Of a DNA stretch of 64,000 nt, positions 36,253 through 49,340 are shown one piece after another. Source of the stretch: Hydrolagus colliei (lineage: Eukaryota); contig CM068762.1 in NCBI GenBank assembly GCA_035084275.1, positions 9,114,001 to 9,178,000 of the forward strand. Direction: 5' to 3'. Under the pieces are notes generated by a model that saw only the letters and a program-made list of their open reading frames with translations, did no database searches and had not been told where the DNA came from. A program made the translations under genes and the position numbers. How positions within the stretch are numbered: position 1 is the stretch's first letter; the number at the start of each line of letters is the position of its first letter.

Positions 36253-39137
36253 CAGAAAATAAAGAGAAAAACCCTAGGCCAGTTCGCATTCTCTTCTCTT
36301 AAAAAGAGGAAGGGAAACTGCCGAACAGCTTCAAAGTGATTTTTTTTTTAAAAAAGAAATAAAATCTAAATTAAAAAAATTGATTTGCAAACCAGCGAAG
36401 AAAATTGCTCCACATAAATGAAAGAATGGAAATTGGGTTTTTGGGTCTTCACATACAGCTGTTTTTCCAGATCTCTATTATTCCTCAGGCTCAATTACTG
36501 ATAAATTGTCATTTCATTTTTTTTCCTCTCTTCTTTTTTCCTCTTGGGTTTCCTTTTACTTCTTCCTTCCCGGCCTCTCAGATTCCACTGTCGATATTTG
36601 CTTCTCATCTCTCTCTCGTCTGTTCCTCGCACCTTCTTTATTTTGTTCTCTCATTTTAATTGAATTTTTGCTTTCAATTTTTCCGCTGGTTGGAAGCCTA
36701 TGTCTTCAAAGGTTTCAGTTTAGGTTTCCGCGCTGGGTCAGTTTTCATTGTTCAGCTCTTTCATTCGTGTTTCAAACGTGTGAGTTTCGAGAGAATAAAA
36801 ACCGAAAGTGCTAAACACTGTTCTTCCCCTATTCCCCTGCTCTCCATATACGCACCCTCGTTTTCACAAGTTTGCATTCTCTACAAACTTACCCTCTGCC
36901 CATAAACACACACAAATACGAGAAGAGGATAGGGCTCATCTGTGATGACCCCATGTTTTTTTTTAAAAAAAACGCTGACACACACTGTAGCCAGAAATGT
37001 GAAAAATAGCCACTTAGAGTCAGATACTTAAGACTGAAGTGAATGGTTGAGTATGGCATCGAGATCACATGTCAGGGGATTCATTACCGCACAGAATGAG
37101 TTACGAAACGCTGCAAACATCTGCCTATCGAATGATCAGACCGATTGCGCCGGAAGAAACTTTTTGAGTACTGCTGTGGGATCTTTAATGTCTGCCTTTG
37201 GCTGAATATCTAATCTCGAGGACAACACCTTCAACAATGCAGTGCATCCCCCAGCACTACATTGGAGCGTCAGCTTAGGATCGTATGAGTGGCGTTCTGC
37301 AGTTCCTATCATTCCTGTCTAACATTCAAACCTTGTGTTGGGCGTTACTAATAACTTTCAAACGAATGAATTCAATTGTGTGGGATTAACTCTGCCTAGC
37401 TTGCTCACCTAGATTGTTCACCGAGGAGCTAAATCAATATGTCTCTCGAACAGACAGCTGGCTTCTAGAGAAGGTCTTTCTATCATTTAGTTCAGCCTCG
37501 CGTAAACCCCCGCAAAATCGGTCAAAAGTTGCATTCCATACATGACATCCCCATCAACCTGACCGCTGCAATCTTACTGCTCTTGTAAAATCCTTGTTCA
37601 TCTGTTTCTATCAATCTCTTCTCATAAGACCAAGGCCAGAAATAACTGGAATTCCAGTTTATGGGTCTTTTTGGAAGACACTTGACTTTCTGCATCTGAA
37701 GAATTTCAAGATAAAAGTGAAATTAACCCCCCCCTCCAAAAAACATATTGCACGGCTCATTTGAAAATTACAATGGCAAGTGAAGTAAATGGAATTGCAA
37801 TGACCAAGGTCTTAAAGCGTAAAGGTGCAATGCGGTGTAGAACATCGCTACAGGTGGACTTCAAAGATCCATTAGCCTATTTTTATAACCACTTTGGCAA
37901 CCAATTCTCCAGATCAATTGGCTAACTAACCACACAGTCAATCCACTTTACAGTATATCTTGTGAAGTGCGTTGAAACGTCTCATCAATGTAATAATGCA
38001 CTATAATCAAATCAATGAAATATTACTGTTATTATTATTACTATTATTAGAATCTACTTCTCACTCCAATCAGTATGTGTTCATAATCTCTCTGGTCTGC
38101 CTGACAGTGAGGAAGACTAGGAATCACTTATCATCTCGTCTGAACACAAGCTGTGGTCGAGGCGAGTACACGTTGACCTAGCCTTTAGTCTTTCCAAAAC
38201 CACAAGACCTTAAAAAGTTGCAACTGAAACAACCTACAGTGCATGTGTTTGAATGATGTGCATGTGTGCGGTGTGAGTGCGCACAAGAATCCGATTCCGG
38301 TCATTCCAATTATGAAACAGTTACTCAACCGGATTGTGAAACTCTGCAGTGAGCGGTGAACGTTCCAGTTTCATTACGGGGGGGATGGGTTCTGCAGATG
38401 TATAGTGGTGCTGTCCAGCCAGCTGCAGCAAACTAAAGGTGCATTCCCTCAGCTATTAACAGACAACAATAACTTGGATTTATATAGCGCCCTCCACGCC
38501 AGACGGCGTCTCGGAGAGCTTGACTGTGTGCAGGAGCACCCATTGTGAGGGACGTGGGACGTTTCCATATCTGCTTCTTTCCGAGCTCTTTTTTTGTGCG
38601 TGTGTCACATGCCTTTAAAGAAAACGCGTACAGCGTCTGGCTCGCAGCCTTTCCCGTTACACAGGACCATTCCCAGAACAGTATTCTTCCAGGCCGCTAG
38701 CTGTTCCCGTGCTTGGCTTAGGATCAGGGACATTTTACCGCTGTAGTTAGTTACCCTGTGAGAGCTCTCCTGATAGATTCCTCCCAACTCAGCCTAGTTC
38801 TGTTCCATTGCAGTGTCTCGGGCCATGGGCAACCGCCCGTCACATGAGATTTTTCCAACTACTGTATAAAGAAGGGCAGGAGAGTAACTGACGGTGATTT
38901 TCACCTCAACTAATCCTTAATGTCCCATGAAGTGAGACAATAAATAGCCAAAGGGGGACAATAAATAGCCATTTGTCACAAGCCACATATCAGTGGTAAA
39001 TAGCGTAGCTGCTGTATACAAGCTGCGCATAGAAATGCTTGCCATAGCTATGTGATTGCTATGGCTATAGCTATAGCTGGCCATAGCAATCCATCCAGAC
39101 ATTTGAGGTTCACTGTCAAGCGCAGTGACTGTATTTG

Positions 39138-39740
39138 CAACAACAACAACAACAAAATTGCACTTATATACTGCCTTTTACATCGAAAGGACGTCCCAAA
39201 GTGCTGAACAGTCAGGTTGGTACCCAAGCGGGGGCGGGGATGGGTGGGTGGAGGGTTGTAGGGGGAAGGAGAGTGGGAGAGGGGGAAAAATTAGTGGGGG
39301 AGCCGAAGGCTCAATCAAAGAGGAAGGTCTTGAGACCGGCCTTGAAGGAGGAAAGGGAGGAAGCAAGGCAGAGCGGCTGTGGGATGGAGTTCCACAGTGG
39401 ATGCACAACCACCATTTCGGACAAAGTAATATCCCACAAACAGCCGTGAAGTGAGTGAGAGGCGCTGGTATTCCAGAGGGATTGTTGGCCAGGACACCAG
39501 GAGAAACTCCTGCCTAATTTGGAGAAGGGCTACGGGATCTTTAGCTTCTGCCTAAATAGGCAGGTGGGACTTCAGCTTAATGTCTCATCTGTAGGATAGC
39601 GACTCCAACAATGCAGTTTCCCTCCCCACCCCACCCCCCCACCCGAGCACAGCAGTGCAGTGCCAGTACATGTGCTCAAAGGTGCTAGGAGAGAGACTTG
39701 GAAAATGAAACGTTACGACTCTATGGCGAGCGTGCTACCA
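39138..39740 (-). mobile_element. L2 family A 3' end (39138-39395) inserted into or abutting a DeuSINE (39420-39740)
   Basis: GAGGAAGGTCTTGAGACCGGCCTTGAAGGAGG; then GGGATTGTTGGCCAGGACACCAGGAGAAACTCC...GGGATCTTT. Confidence 0.8.
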
Positions 39741-40509
39741 CACGCAGCAGAATGTTTGGCAAATATAATCGAGACCTTCATTTGGTGGCTAAGTTATTGA
39801 TTGTTAACATTTCATGAATGGTTTTCGTTTTTATACACAGTATATTCTGTGAGGCACTTTGAGACATCTCAAAGACACGATAAGGCGCTGTATCAAATAT
39901 AAGGATTATTAATCGCAATCAATCAATCCCTCTCGCCCTACTGCAAACTATAAAGATCTTTATTATGAAAACAGAGCGCTCTGTATTCAAAATAAAAGTC
40001 TTTACAGTTTGCTGTAATTTCCATTTTAAGAACCGTTTGAATTTTAACGTTTTTTTTCCTCCTCTGAAAACATTGAGCGGGTCTGATCGCGTTTTGTCTG
40101 CAGCACATTTCTCCATCTCTTGACGTCAACGGACTGGATGAAAGTCCAGGTGTTAACAGCCTCAGAAGAACAACTTGTTGTCCACAGATCTGTTTTGCCT
40201 TTGTGTTTGCCTGAGATATGGTTACTTGGCTGTTAAGTAGCTTGAAATTCGTGGAATGCAGCTAAAAATAATTCCAGTGTGTTGCAGTCAATTGTCCTGA
40301 GCTTGTTCAAGCATGAATGCATCTCACTTCTGTGCACCCCTGATGTAGATTCTTTCGTATAATACAAATTTGGAAAACATTTAACTTCTTCTCTCCTTTA
40401 TGTTGCCGTGGATTCGAATTCGCAGACACCTTCTTCCTCGTTTTAGTCTCTTTTTTTTGAAAAAGAACAGTATTAACAAAGTGAATTTGGTGTACTGTAT
40501 CTGAAGTTA

Positions 40510-40660
40510 ACAACAACAACAAAATTACATTTGTACAGCACCTTTCATGTTGGGAGGAAGTCCCAATGCGTCCTGACCCCCGAACAGTGGGGGTCAGGAC
40601 CCGAGCAAGGGGTCCGGGGACTGGAGCCGCTGAACAGAGGGAGCCCCCGGGCAGGTTGGT
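40510..40660 (-). mobile_element. L2 family A tail
   Basis: (CAA)n AATTACATTTGTACAGCACCTTTCATGTTGGGAGG...TCAGGACCCGAGC. Confidence 0.75.
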
Positions 40661-40743
40661 AGGGAAATTAGAAACTAGGAATTAATCAGAGTTTGTACCA
40701 CTGAATTAAAAATAATGATAAATAACGAACATTGCGTTTATTG

Positions 40744-41300
40744 AACAACAACAACAATTTTGATTTATATAGCGCCCTCCACGCTGGATGGCGTCTCAGA
40801 GCGCTTCACACTAGCGGATCCTGGGACCGAGCCACGGGCGGGGGTAGAAAGGTGACCAAAGGCGCGGTGGAAGAGAAAGGTCTTCAGCTGGGACCTGAAA
40901 CTGGGAAAAGTGGGGGCGAGGCGAAGGGAATGAGGAAGGGAGTTCCAGAGCCTCGGGTCATAGTGGCTGATGGCACGTCCACCGAGGATGGAGCGGAGGA
41001 TTCGGGGGACATGGAGGAGACCAGATCCGGTGGAACGAAGGCAACGTGTGCTGGTTTGAGGAGAGAGGAGATCAAAGGGGTAGGGGGATGCAGAGGAGTG
41101 GAGGGATTTGAAGACAAGGGTGAGGATCTTGAAATCGATCCTCTCAGGGACAGGGAGCCAGTGGAGGCTGGCAAGGACTGGGGTAATGAGGGAGCGAAGT
41201 TTGATGCAGGTGACAACGCGGGCGGCAGAGTTCTGAATCAGCTGGACTCTGTGGATTGTGGACGAGGGGAGACTGGCGAGGAGAGCATTAGAATAGTTGT
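40744..41300 (-). mobile_element. L2 3' end, family B (ORF2 C-terminal ~170 aa open)
   Basis: ORF 40765..41394 YSNALLASLP..VQLIQNSAAR..ITPVLASLHWLPVPERIDFKILTLVFK..LWNSLP..LKTFLF. Confidence 0.92.
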
Positions 41301-41549
41301 AGTGCCTTTCCCATTGGGAGGAACTCTCAAAGTCTTCGATAGGGTGTATTGTAAAGTGAAGTGACTGTATTTTGTAGGTGAATGTGGCAGCCAATTTGGC
41401 ACAGTAGGTTCCCCGAAACAGCTATGAAGTGAATGACCAATTTTGTCGTGGTGTTGCCTAGGACTTCAGGAGAAATTCCATTCTCCTTTCAATAAGTGCT
41501 GTGGAAGTGTTTGATTATTTACCTGAACATGCATAGAAAATATCAAATA

Positions 41550-41925
41550 ATATTAATAATTCTTGCATTTGATATAGTGCCCTATTACATCTTTGAGACG
41601 TCTCAAAGCGCTTCACAGAGTATAATGTAAAATGAATTGACTGTATATTTTGTGGGTGAAACACAGTAGCCAATTGCACAGCAGTGTCCCATAAATAGTT
41701 ATGGTTTGAGTTACCAAATTATCTATTTTTGTATTTATTTATATTTTAGACAGAATTCTCAGTTTAATTTCCAAACCGAAGGATGGCACTACAAGTAATC
41801 CTGCGCTCCTCCATCATTGCACAAGACTGGCAGCCGAGATAATCAGTTCAAAGTCCTGATGTTGGACTTGAACCCATAACCGACTGACTCAGCGGCAAGA
41901 ATGCTACCAACTGAGCCAGGCTGGT
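41550..41925 (-). mobile_element. Young SINE 3' half (41550-41730) and DeuSINE head (41750-41925)
   Basis: Consensus SINE tail, then GGACTTGAACCCATAACC..CTGACTC..TGCTACCAACTGAGCCAGGCTG. Confidence 0.8.
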
Positions 41926-42794
41926 TCAGTTGGCAGCATTCAACTGATGACTCCCATAAAAAATGGAATAACCATAATATTTCCAATGCTTTGAGCCCTC
42001 AGATTACTAATGCCACTGTAGTTTTCCGAACTTGTGAATGACTAATAATTTATGAATGATAAACGGTACTCATTTAACAATGGGAATCTTCCGTTATTTT
42101 TTATTCATTTCTGTTTCTCTTTGGTTGCAGTGTATGAGGGCAATTTATAAACATAGGGCTATTACCCACTATTCTTCAGTTCCTTATTCTGACTGCCAAT
42201 TAGTCCACAATTTTCTGCTTATCCACTTTTTTTTAATTGCACGCTAATTGCCAAATTCACTCATGAATTGATAGCAGTATATCGAGACACAACAACTTAG
42301 ACCGCACACCAATGGAAATGTTTTTTTTTCTATCTATATAGAGAGAGCAGCAAGCTTCCTAATATTAATTAAGCAACAAAGAACAAACTCTGATGACTTC
42401 AACAGGAAGTAAGAGGCTGCCCGGTGGGAGGAAGGCACACAATTAAACGAGAACATATATGAAGAGGGACGTACTCTAATGAGAATATTCACCTCTCCTG
42501 TGTCCCTCATTCTTCATTATTATTTTATTTCCGTGTATTCCTCTAACCTTTCTAATCGCTCGCTCGCTCTTCCGGGCAGTTGTATCCGCAATTCTGAAAT
42601 ACCTTCATTTGTTTTCCCCACGCTGTCTTGTGGGGCTGGACAGTGTGCAAACGAATTAGTGTTCGCGTTGAAGATTAATATTTTTGAAAGCCATGGTCTC
42701 CACTTAGAAAGGCATTGCAGCACTGTTTAACCTTCAACAATAACTTGCACTAATATAGGGCCCTTCACGCAGGGCAGCATCTTTGAGCGCTTCA

Positions 42795-43190
42795 CATGGG
42801 AACAGGAGTAGGCCTTTCAACCTCTTGGACCTGTTCCGCCATTCTATTAGATTGCGGCTGATCTGTACCTCAACTATAGTTGCCTATTGTAACACATTTT
42901 TGAATCAACAGTCACGGGTGTTGAGAGGAAAGGGCGGTAAAACTCAAAAGATCACGAGATTAAGTTTAGATTTAGAAGGCCTTCCTCTCTTGTGATCTCA
43001 ACCATCCAGAGTTACCAGCCCACCATCCCTCTTCACAGCAACAAGCTCTTTTCTTAAACGAGTCCAGTGTGTTGGCCTCAGTTCCTGGCAAGCCATTCCA
43101 GTCATTAATTTTGCTCTGTGCAAAGAAAATCCTCCTGGTGTCTGTCCTTAAATTGCCCTTTGCAACTGGGAACGTGTGTCCTCCGTGACA
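42795..43190 (-). mobile_element. CR1 3' fragments (tail 42795-42885; ORF2 C-terminus 43020-43190)
   Basis: GGAACAGGAGTAGGCCTTTCAACC...GCTGATCTGTACCTCAACT tail; ORF 42972..43268 GGHTFPVAKGNLRTDTRRIFFAQSKINDWNGLP. Confidence 0.7.
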
Positions 43191-43714
43191 TTTTGGAACT
43201 GATTCAAAGTGATAGTGATGGGAGATGGGAGTGGGGAGCAGATTTGGTCGTAGCTTTATGTTAGACAAATGATTGTTGTTGCTGAAGCCAAGATTTCACA
43301 AGTCTGAGCAACGTGGAGAATCAAGTAAGTTACAACTGAGGGTTCGATTTGATCTCTCATTACACAAAGGAAGTCAGTACTATGGCCGATTTGCTTTAAA
43401 GCCCTCCCATGTTTATTTTCTTGCTGGTAAGAAACTGTATAAAAGTAAACTTCACAATGTTTGTTTATCATGGCTGTGCCAGGGTTCAAAGATGCTCAAT
43501 CATACATTCCTTCTGCAGACATTATTTTGCTCCTGTTATTATTGGGTATTCTAGAATATTCTCCAAACAAGCCAGCCTAATGGGACAACATTGTCATAGT
43601 CACTTAACTCTGTAATTGAAATAATTTTGTGAACTACGGCTTCAAATTTCCAGAATATTTGTGAATTCCTTTTACTAGGATAACTCGCCATGCCCAATCT
43701 TGCAATCTGTTCAA

Positions 43715-44105
43715 TAATTCATGCAATTTTCACCCTGGGAGGACATCCCTCAGGGGTATACTACAAAGTATACTATGAAGTGTAGTGACTGTATGTGTCA
43801 GGCAGATATGGCAGCCAATTCAGGTACATCAATGCCCCACAAACAGCTACGAAGTGAACCACGGATTGTACCTCAGGAATTGTTGGCCAGGACAAACCCC
43901 CTTCTCTTTAATGTTCACATGATCAGGTAGACGAGACCTCCGATTAACGTTTCATCTGAAGAGACGGCACAACTCAGTTCTACCCCCAGCACTGGATTGG
44001 AGTGTCAGCCTGGAATATGAATTTGACATCCTGATGTGGAGGCTTGAACCCACAACTTTCTGACTTGGAGGCGAAAGTGAAGGAAAAACTGAGCCAGACT
44101 AACAC
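43715..44105 (-). mobile_element. Near full-length DeuSINE
   Basis: TTGTTGGCCAGGAC...GGAGTGTCAGCCTGG...GGCTTGAACCCACAACTTTCTGAC...AACTGAGCCAGACT. Confidence 0.8.
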
Positions 44106-44689
44106 ACATTTTGTTGAACTCCCGAATGGTTTGATATACTCACAAGGAGAGGAGCTGAACCCAATTAAGGACATTCCTAATCAGCCTTTCTGCTGTGTGT
44201 GTGTGTGTGTGATCATAGCCAGTGGCAAAATGTGTGTGTGTGTGTGTGTGGTACATTTTTACCCTTTTCTCTAAAAGGACATGTTCGAATTGCTGTGAGC
44301 TGCTATTTTAGATACGTCGTCAACCTTTCAGTTCTTTCTTCCAACTCTAAATCACACTCGCAGGAAGGGAAGGAATGTTAAAGTTAAACACATATCAAGG
44401 GTGTTTATAAAGCGAATGGAAATCATTTTAAACTTTCGAGTAACTTAGTGTAATTCCTAGAACTGTTGTGGCCTCAACTACAATCTGAAGCAGTACAGTA
44501 CTCTGTGTGAACCTAAAAAGGCTCAAAAGACTGACTTGTTTATAGTAGGCGTTTGGGCGATTGCCATGGTTTCAGACCATCCCACCTCGATGCATTCCCT
44601 CTCTTCACACCGTAGGAATTTACATCCATTGAAATTTTTGAAATGTTCACCATTTTTGCAACATTTCATGGTGTGTGTGTGTGTGTGTG

Positions 44690-44840
44690 TATGTGCGCGC
44701 TTCGTTTGCGCCGGTATAACGGAAAGAGAGAAACGGTGCAAATTCAGGAAAACTACGAGAAGTCAAGTCATTGGCATTTCTGAAAGGACTTGGTTCACTG
44801 TCTAACCGAGGACATGGCTCGTGGAAACTGATGCGTCACA
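44690..44840 (-). promoter_or_regulatory. Possible promoter of the candidate lncRNA
   Basis: Local CpG cluster, MYB site TAACGG at 44717-44722, CCAAT (ATTGG at 44770-44774) and CRE-like TGCGTCA at 44832-44838. Confidence 0.25.
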
Positions 44841-45944
44841 GAATCTGACAATCTGTGTATCCCAATTTAGCTTTTATTTATCCTAACTTCAAATGTTCTT
44901 CCTTCAGCTCTTGAGATTAGGGGGTGAGCTAAGGACTGTCCTTAATATGCACTGACCTTCAAGGAGCACTTGATTGTTCTTCATGTCTTCCCGTTTGTTC
45001 CCCTCCTCTCGTCTCCTTCGGATGAGATGTTCAACAAAGGTCCCAAAGGTCTGTCTCCAGGTGGTTTACTGATGGTGATGGCGCCATTCTGAAAAAGAGG
45101 AGACTTTCTGATGTGCCCTAACAAACAGTGCCATAGAAAATAAAACTGCCCATTCACCACATGGCTGTTTGTGGGACATTGGCTGTTGCCTTAATCACTT
45201 TACAGGACATCCTGAGAAGCGCTTTGAGTGACCTCCTGAAGTGAAAGGCTCTGTTTCAAATGCAAGGAATGTCATTATTATTATTTATTAATGTAGCGCA
45301 ACCAATCTTATACATGACAGAACAGCACCAACAACAACACCAACTGCTTGCACTTATACAGCACCCTCCACTCAGGGTAGGTTTTCAGGGAACACAAGGG
45401 GATAGGAAGGAGGGAGGTTCATGTAGATCATTAGCACTGCCATAGACTAGTTGGGTCAAATGACCTATTTCAGTGCTATACAGTCAACGGTGAGACTTAG
45501 GGGATTCAAATGAACTGGAAGCCATTGTTTCTGTGATCCACAGTTGCAAGTTCTTGGGGGAGGAATTTCTTCATAATTTCTCTGAGAAGTTTTCTCCCAA
45601 AACAAATGAATATTGCATATCATGCTTTTGAGTGCAAAACAACAAAAACAACAAAGTATTTAAACAACTTATTTGCTCAAAGAACAGATAATTCAAGGCT
45701 CAATGCTTCTCATCACATTCTTGTCTTTTAAATGAAAAATGTACAGAGCATACAATGGCCAGCTGCTGTCCTTATCAATAAGTGTTTTCTTTGGCAAGGA
45801 ATTAAAGTGAGGTTCAGAACACAGCTAATTATTCTTACTTTTAGATGATGTGGACGATTACATAATGTTGCATGCGTGCTGCTTAAATGTAACATAGCAC
45901 AGAATGCTGAATTCTACACCTTTCTTAATACTGCAAAGTTCTAT

Positions 45945-46280
45945 AGAACGTCGGTTAGAGCCTTGCAAGCGAGAGGCCCAGGTTTGATTCCTGGGCAAGG
46001 CAAAACTTTGGGCAAGATTCCTTACTCCACACATCTCTGTTTACCAAGCGGAAAGTAAGAACCCCGGTGTTAGTCGAATGGCAGATCCGTTTCTGAGGGT
46101 AATACTCTCTTTTTTAAAAATGTGGTCACTCAATCCACAATCATTTGTACGTTACTGCTCTGCATAATTTGCTGCCATGTTTTGCCCACAAAATATACAG
46201 TCAATTTACTTCACAGTAGATTTTGGGAAGCACTTTGAGACGCCGCGCCTAGAAGGCGTGATAAGGTTCTGCTTCAAATA
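45945..46280 (+). mobile_element. Young SINE, long subtype
   Basis: GGTTAGAGCCTTGCAAGCGAG...TTTGGGCAAGATTCCTTACTCCACACATCTCTGTTTACCAAGCGGAAAGTAAG, then the 3' part. Confidence 0.85.
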
Positions 46281-48297
46281 ATGTGAAACACAGACTTTTA
46301 GTGCCAGCTCTGCTGTATGCTTATATTCCCAGTAAAATCCCACTAACTGAGATGTGAACACCAAATTACCTATCTAGTGTTGTAACACAGAGCTACTGCT
46401 AATCTTCATCAACCTTTTTTTCGTTATAGAAGAGTGGGTCATTTCAGAGATCATCAAGATCTCTCAAAGCTCTGTTAAATCAGGCCAATCTCAGTACAAT
46501 CTAGTGTACAGTATATCGACACAGGCATTTTTTAAAACATTCTTTTGTTGCAATTTCTGTAGTTGAAGTAGTTTAGAATAGTCCTCCCTAAGTGTCATTG
46601 CCTTTTCAGGGTTAAGAGTAGCTGGTATACCTGATAAGGGAATATTCTGCCTGGTGGAAAAAACTGGAACTCTTTCTATTTTGTATCCACTCCTGGTAGT
46701 GGAAGACTTCAATTCTGGAATTCCAATGAAGTTGAGTAATCTTTTTTTTGATCAAGATTACAACATGCTGCCATATTTACCTCTCAGATTAGAGAGTCAG
46801 GTTCTGCACTGCGTCAAAGGCTGCCATAATAATTCTGACTTTCAACCAATCTACTGCACACAGAACTGGTATGAAATAATTCACGTGTTGTTCTTTTATT
46901 TTTGAATTGCCTGTTGAGACATTCGTTGGAACCGTTTCAATTTCCACTCGAAGCTCATCACCGAGCAGGAGTTTACCTAAAGGGGAATTAACTAGGCAGA
47001 GACACGAGACGGGCTGAGGATTTCATTGCTGTCTCTTGGACTATTTAATCGTGCGTCAAGAGATTTTTTTTATTAACTCTTGAGCAACTAAACGGGGAAT
47101 CATCTACTTTCAAATGCTGGTGAGCTAATTTGTTGCGACCTTGTAGAGTTCCTATCTGTTCATCAGATTCCTTTTATAAGGAAATATTTTGTCATCCTTT
47201 ATAATCATTTCAGACTGACTACTAAACTTCAGATCAGGAACAGTCAATACAATGCAAAGCTTCGTAGGCAAAACAGCAATGACACTTAATCACTGTGAAC
47301 TATTTGGATATGTTTCAACATTATTGGTACAAAAAATAATCTTTCTACGTGTGTTTCCTTATTTTAAAAAAAATGTTTTGCCTCCCTTTCCTCCCACCCA
47401 CTCCCCACCACCCCAAATACAAAAAAATATTAATTGCTTCATGTTACCCACATTACCAATAGCAGTCTGACTTTCAGCCTATCTCTGGAACTCCATCCCC
47501 TTCAATGTTTTTTTTAAAATCCTTTTTCACCCCTTCAATCATCTCCCCCACTCCCACAAACCCTATCTCCCTGGGCTCTCTCTCCCAGTATATCTGCTGT
47601 GAAAGGCGTGCTATTAATGTAATTTTGGGGGAGTTTAAATTGAAATTAATTCTTTATATTCCAACTCAGCAACTTTTTTCCATAGTGAGATGGTCATATT
47701 CAAGCTGCTGCTCTATCACTGGCTGAATGGGGCTGAAACATATGTCCCTCACCCTTAGCAAAACTTGTATTTTTCCAGACTTTTGAGCAAGGAGCCAAAA
47801 AACTATTTAGTCTGGCCTTAAGTAAAAGTTTTTGAATAACACGAAACACTACAGACTGCAGCAGTTCAACTGTCAGAAGTCAGGACATTATTAAATAACT
47901 TGACTCATAGTCATTGATGGTAAGTTTATTGTTTGTGTTTACTTGACAATTTTAAGACCATCAATTTCCATTTTTTTCCTACATTTCAACTCCACACACT
48001 GACTAAAACACACAAGCATCATTAAACATTATTTAATCTATTCAATGCCTCATAGTTATGTCTCAAACTGGATTCCCGTAAGCAGACAAACAATATTGGT
48101 CAGTCACAACCTTGCGATTTGCTTTTTACTGTAATCTCTGTGTAAAGATCCTGGATGTGCTTCACTTGGCTGTGTAAAGAATACAGGAGCTGATACATGG
48201 AGTGTTCAGCAAACTCCGAATTCCCATTCACCCAAACGTGCTATCACCAATGTAGTGCTCTGCATTATCGAAGGCACCTTCCTTTGGGTGAACCATG

Positions 48298-48555
48298 AAG
48301 TCCTGTAGCTCAGTGTTTGGAGCATTCTCCTCACAAGCTATGGTTCCCTGTCAGGGCGAAACATTGTACAGATTTCCTTACTCCACATGTTTACCTCTGT
48401 AAGGTTGTTAGTTGATCAGCGGATCGCTTTTCCAGAGGTAATAATTCCTTCCCCACCAAAAATGCAGTCAATTCACTTTACACTATGTTCTGTGAAGCGC
48501 TATGAGACATCTAGAAGACGTGAAAAGCCCTATATCACATGCAAGTATTACTTTG
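48298..48555 (+). mobile_element. Young SINE with internal deletions
   Basis: AGTCCTGTAGCTCAGTGTTTGGAGC head; tail ATCACATGCAAGTATTA. Confidence 0.8.
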
Positions 48556-48934
48556 TTTTTATTTATCTCCAATAATAATTGGTAATAATGAATCTTACAT
48601 TTAATCCAGGGCCCTTTACATGAAGAGGGTGTCTCAAACACGTAACAGGTTTTACTGTAAAGTGGAGTGACTGTGTACCTTGTGGCCAATATCTCGTCCT
48701 CGTCTGTATTCACTTATAAGACCCAAAGGCTGAGTGCCACAGTCACTCTGTGCTTTGCGGATAAGATATTGGTGAAGAATCAAATGCGACTGGGGTAGGA
48801 CATTCACTTAAGTGAAATCAGTGGACTTTCCAATCAATTTTGCAAAGACAGAGCATGGTAGAGAGTTTAGTCGGCAATCATCACAGTTTTGATTAGTTTC
48901 TAAACCCTGTTTTCCCTTCAGTCTACCTTGGGTC

Positions 48935-49340
48935 CCATCTTTTCGCCGACAAATGTAGAGTCAATTCTCTTTACAGTATATTCTATGAAGCGCTTTGAGA
49001 CGTCGATAAGATGTGAAAAGCGTGATATCAAATGCAAGGATTATTTTTTATTATTATTCTCTCTCCCCCCATTTCTCCCTGATTTTAACCCCTCCCCCCA
49101 CCTTTCCCTCCATCTCCCCCCTTACCCTCTTTTCCCCCCCTTCTCTCCTAACCCCACTTCCACGACTGTTTGTGGGACACTGCTGTGAGCAATTTGGCTA
49201 ACGCATTTCGCCAACAAATATACAGTCAATTCTCCTACTCTCCTTCTCCCTATCCCATACCCCTCAACCGCAAAGCACTTTGAGACGTCGATAAGATGTG
49301 GAAAGCGCTATATCAAATGTAAGGATTATTATTATTATTA
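48935..49340 (+). mobile_element. Two tandem SINE 3' parts separated by a CT-rich tract
   Basis: Both copies share the variants CAATTCTC and GAGACGTCGATAAGATGTG. Confidence 0.8.

Larger units (their letters stand above)
39945..44690 (-). ncRNA. Candidate three-exon lncRNA (exons ~44690-44536, 42731-42493, 40500-~39945)
   Basis: Donor AA/GTCAGT at 44535, acceptor GAAG at 42732, donor AG/GTGAAT at 42492, acceptor TTCAG at 40501 and AATAAA at 39964-39959. The candidate exons are repeat-free and retain CpG. No long spliced ORF. Confidence 0.3.

Noticed and set aside
40732-41364. 210-aa + strand ORF
   Set aside because: It is antisense to the L2 ORF2 fragment.
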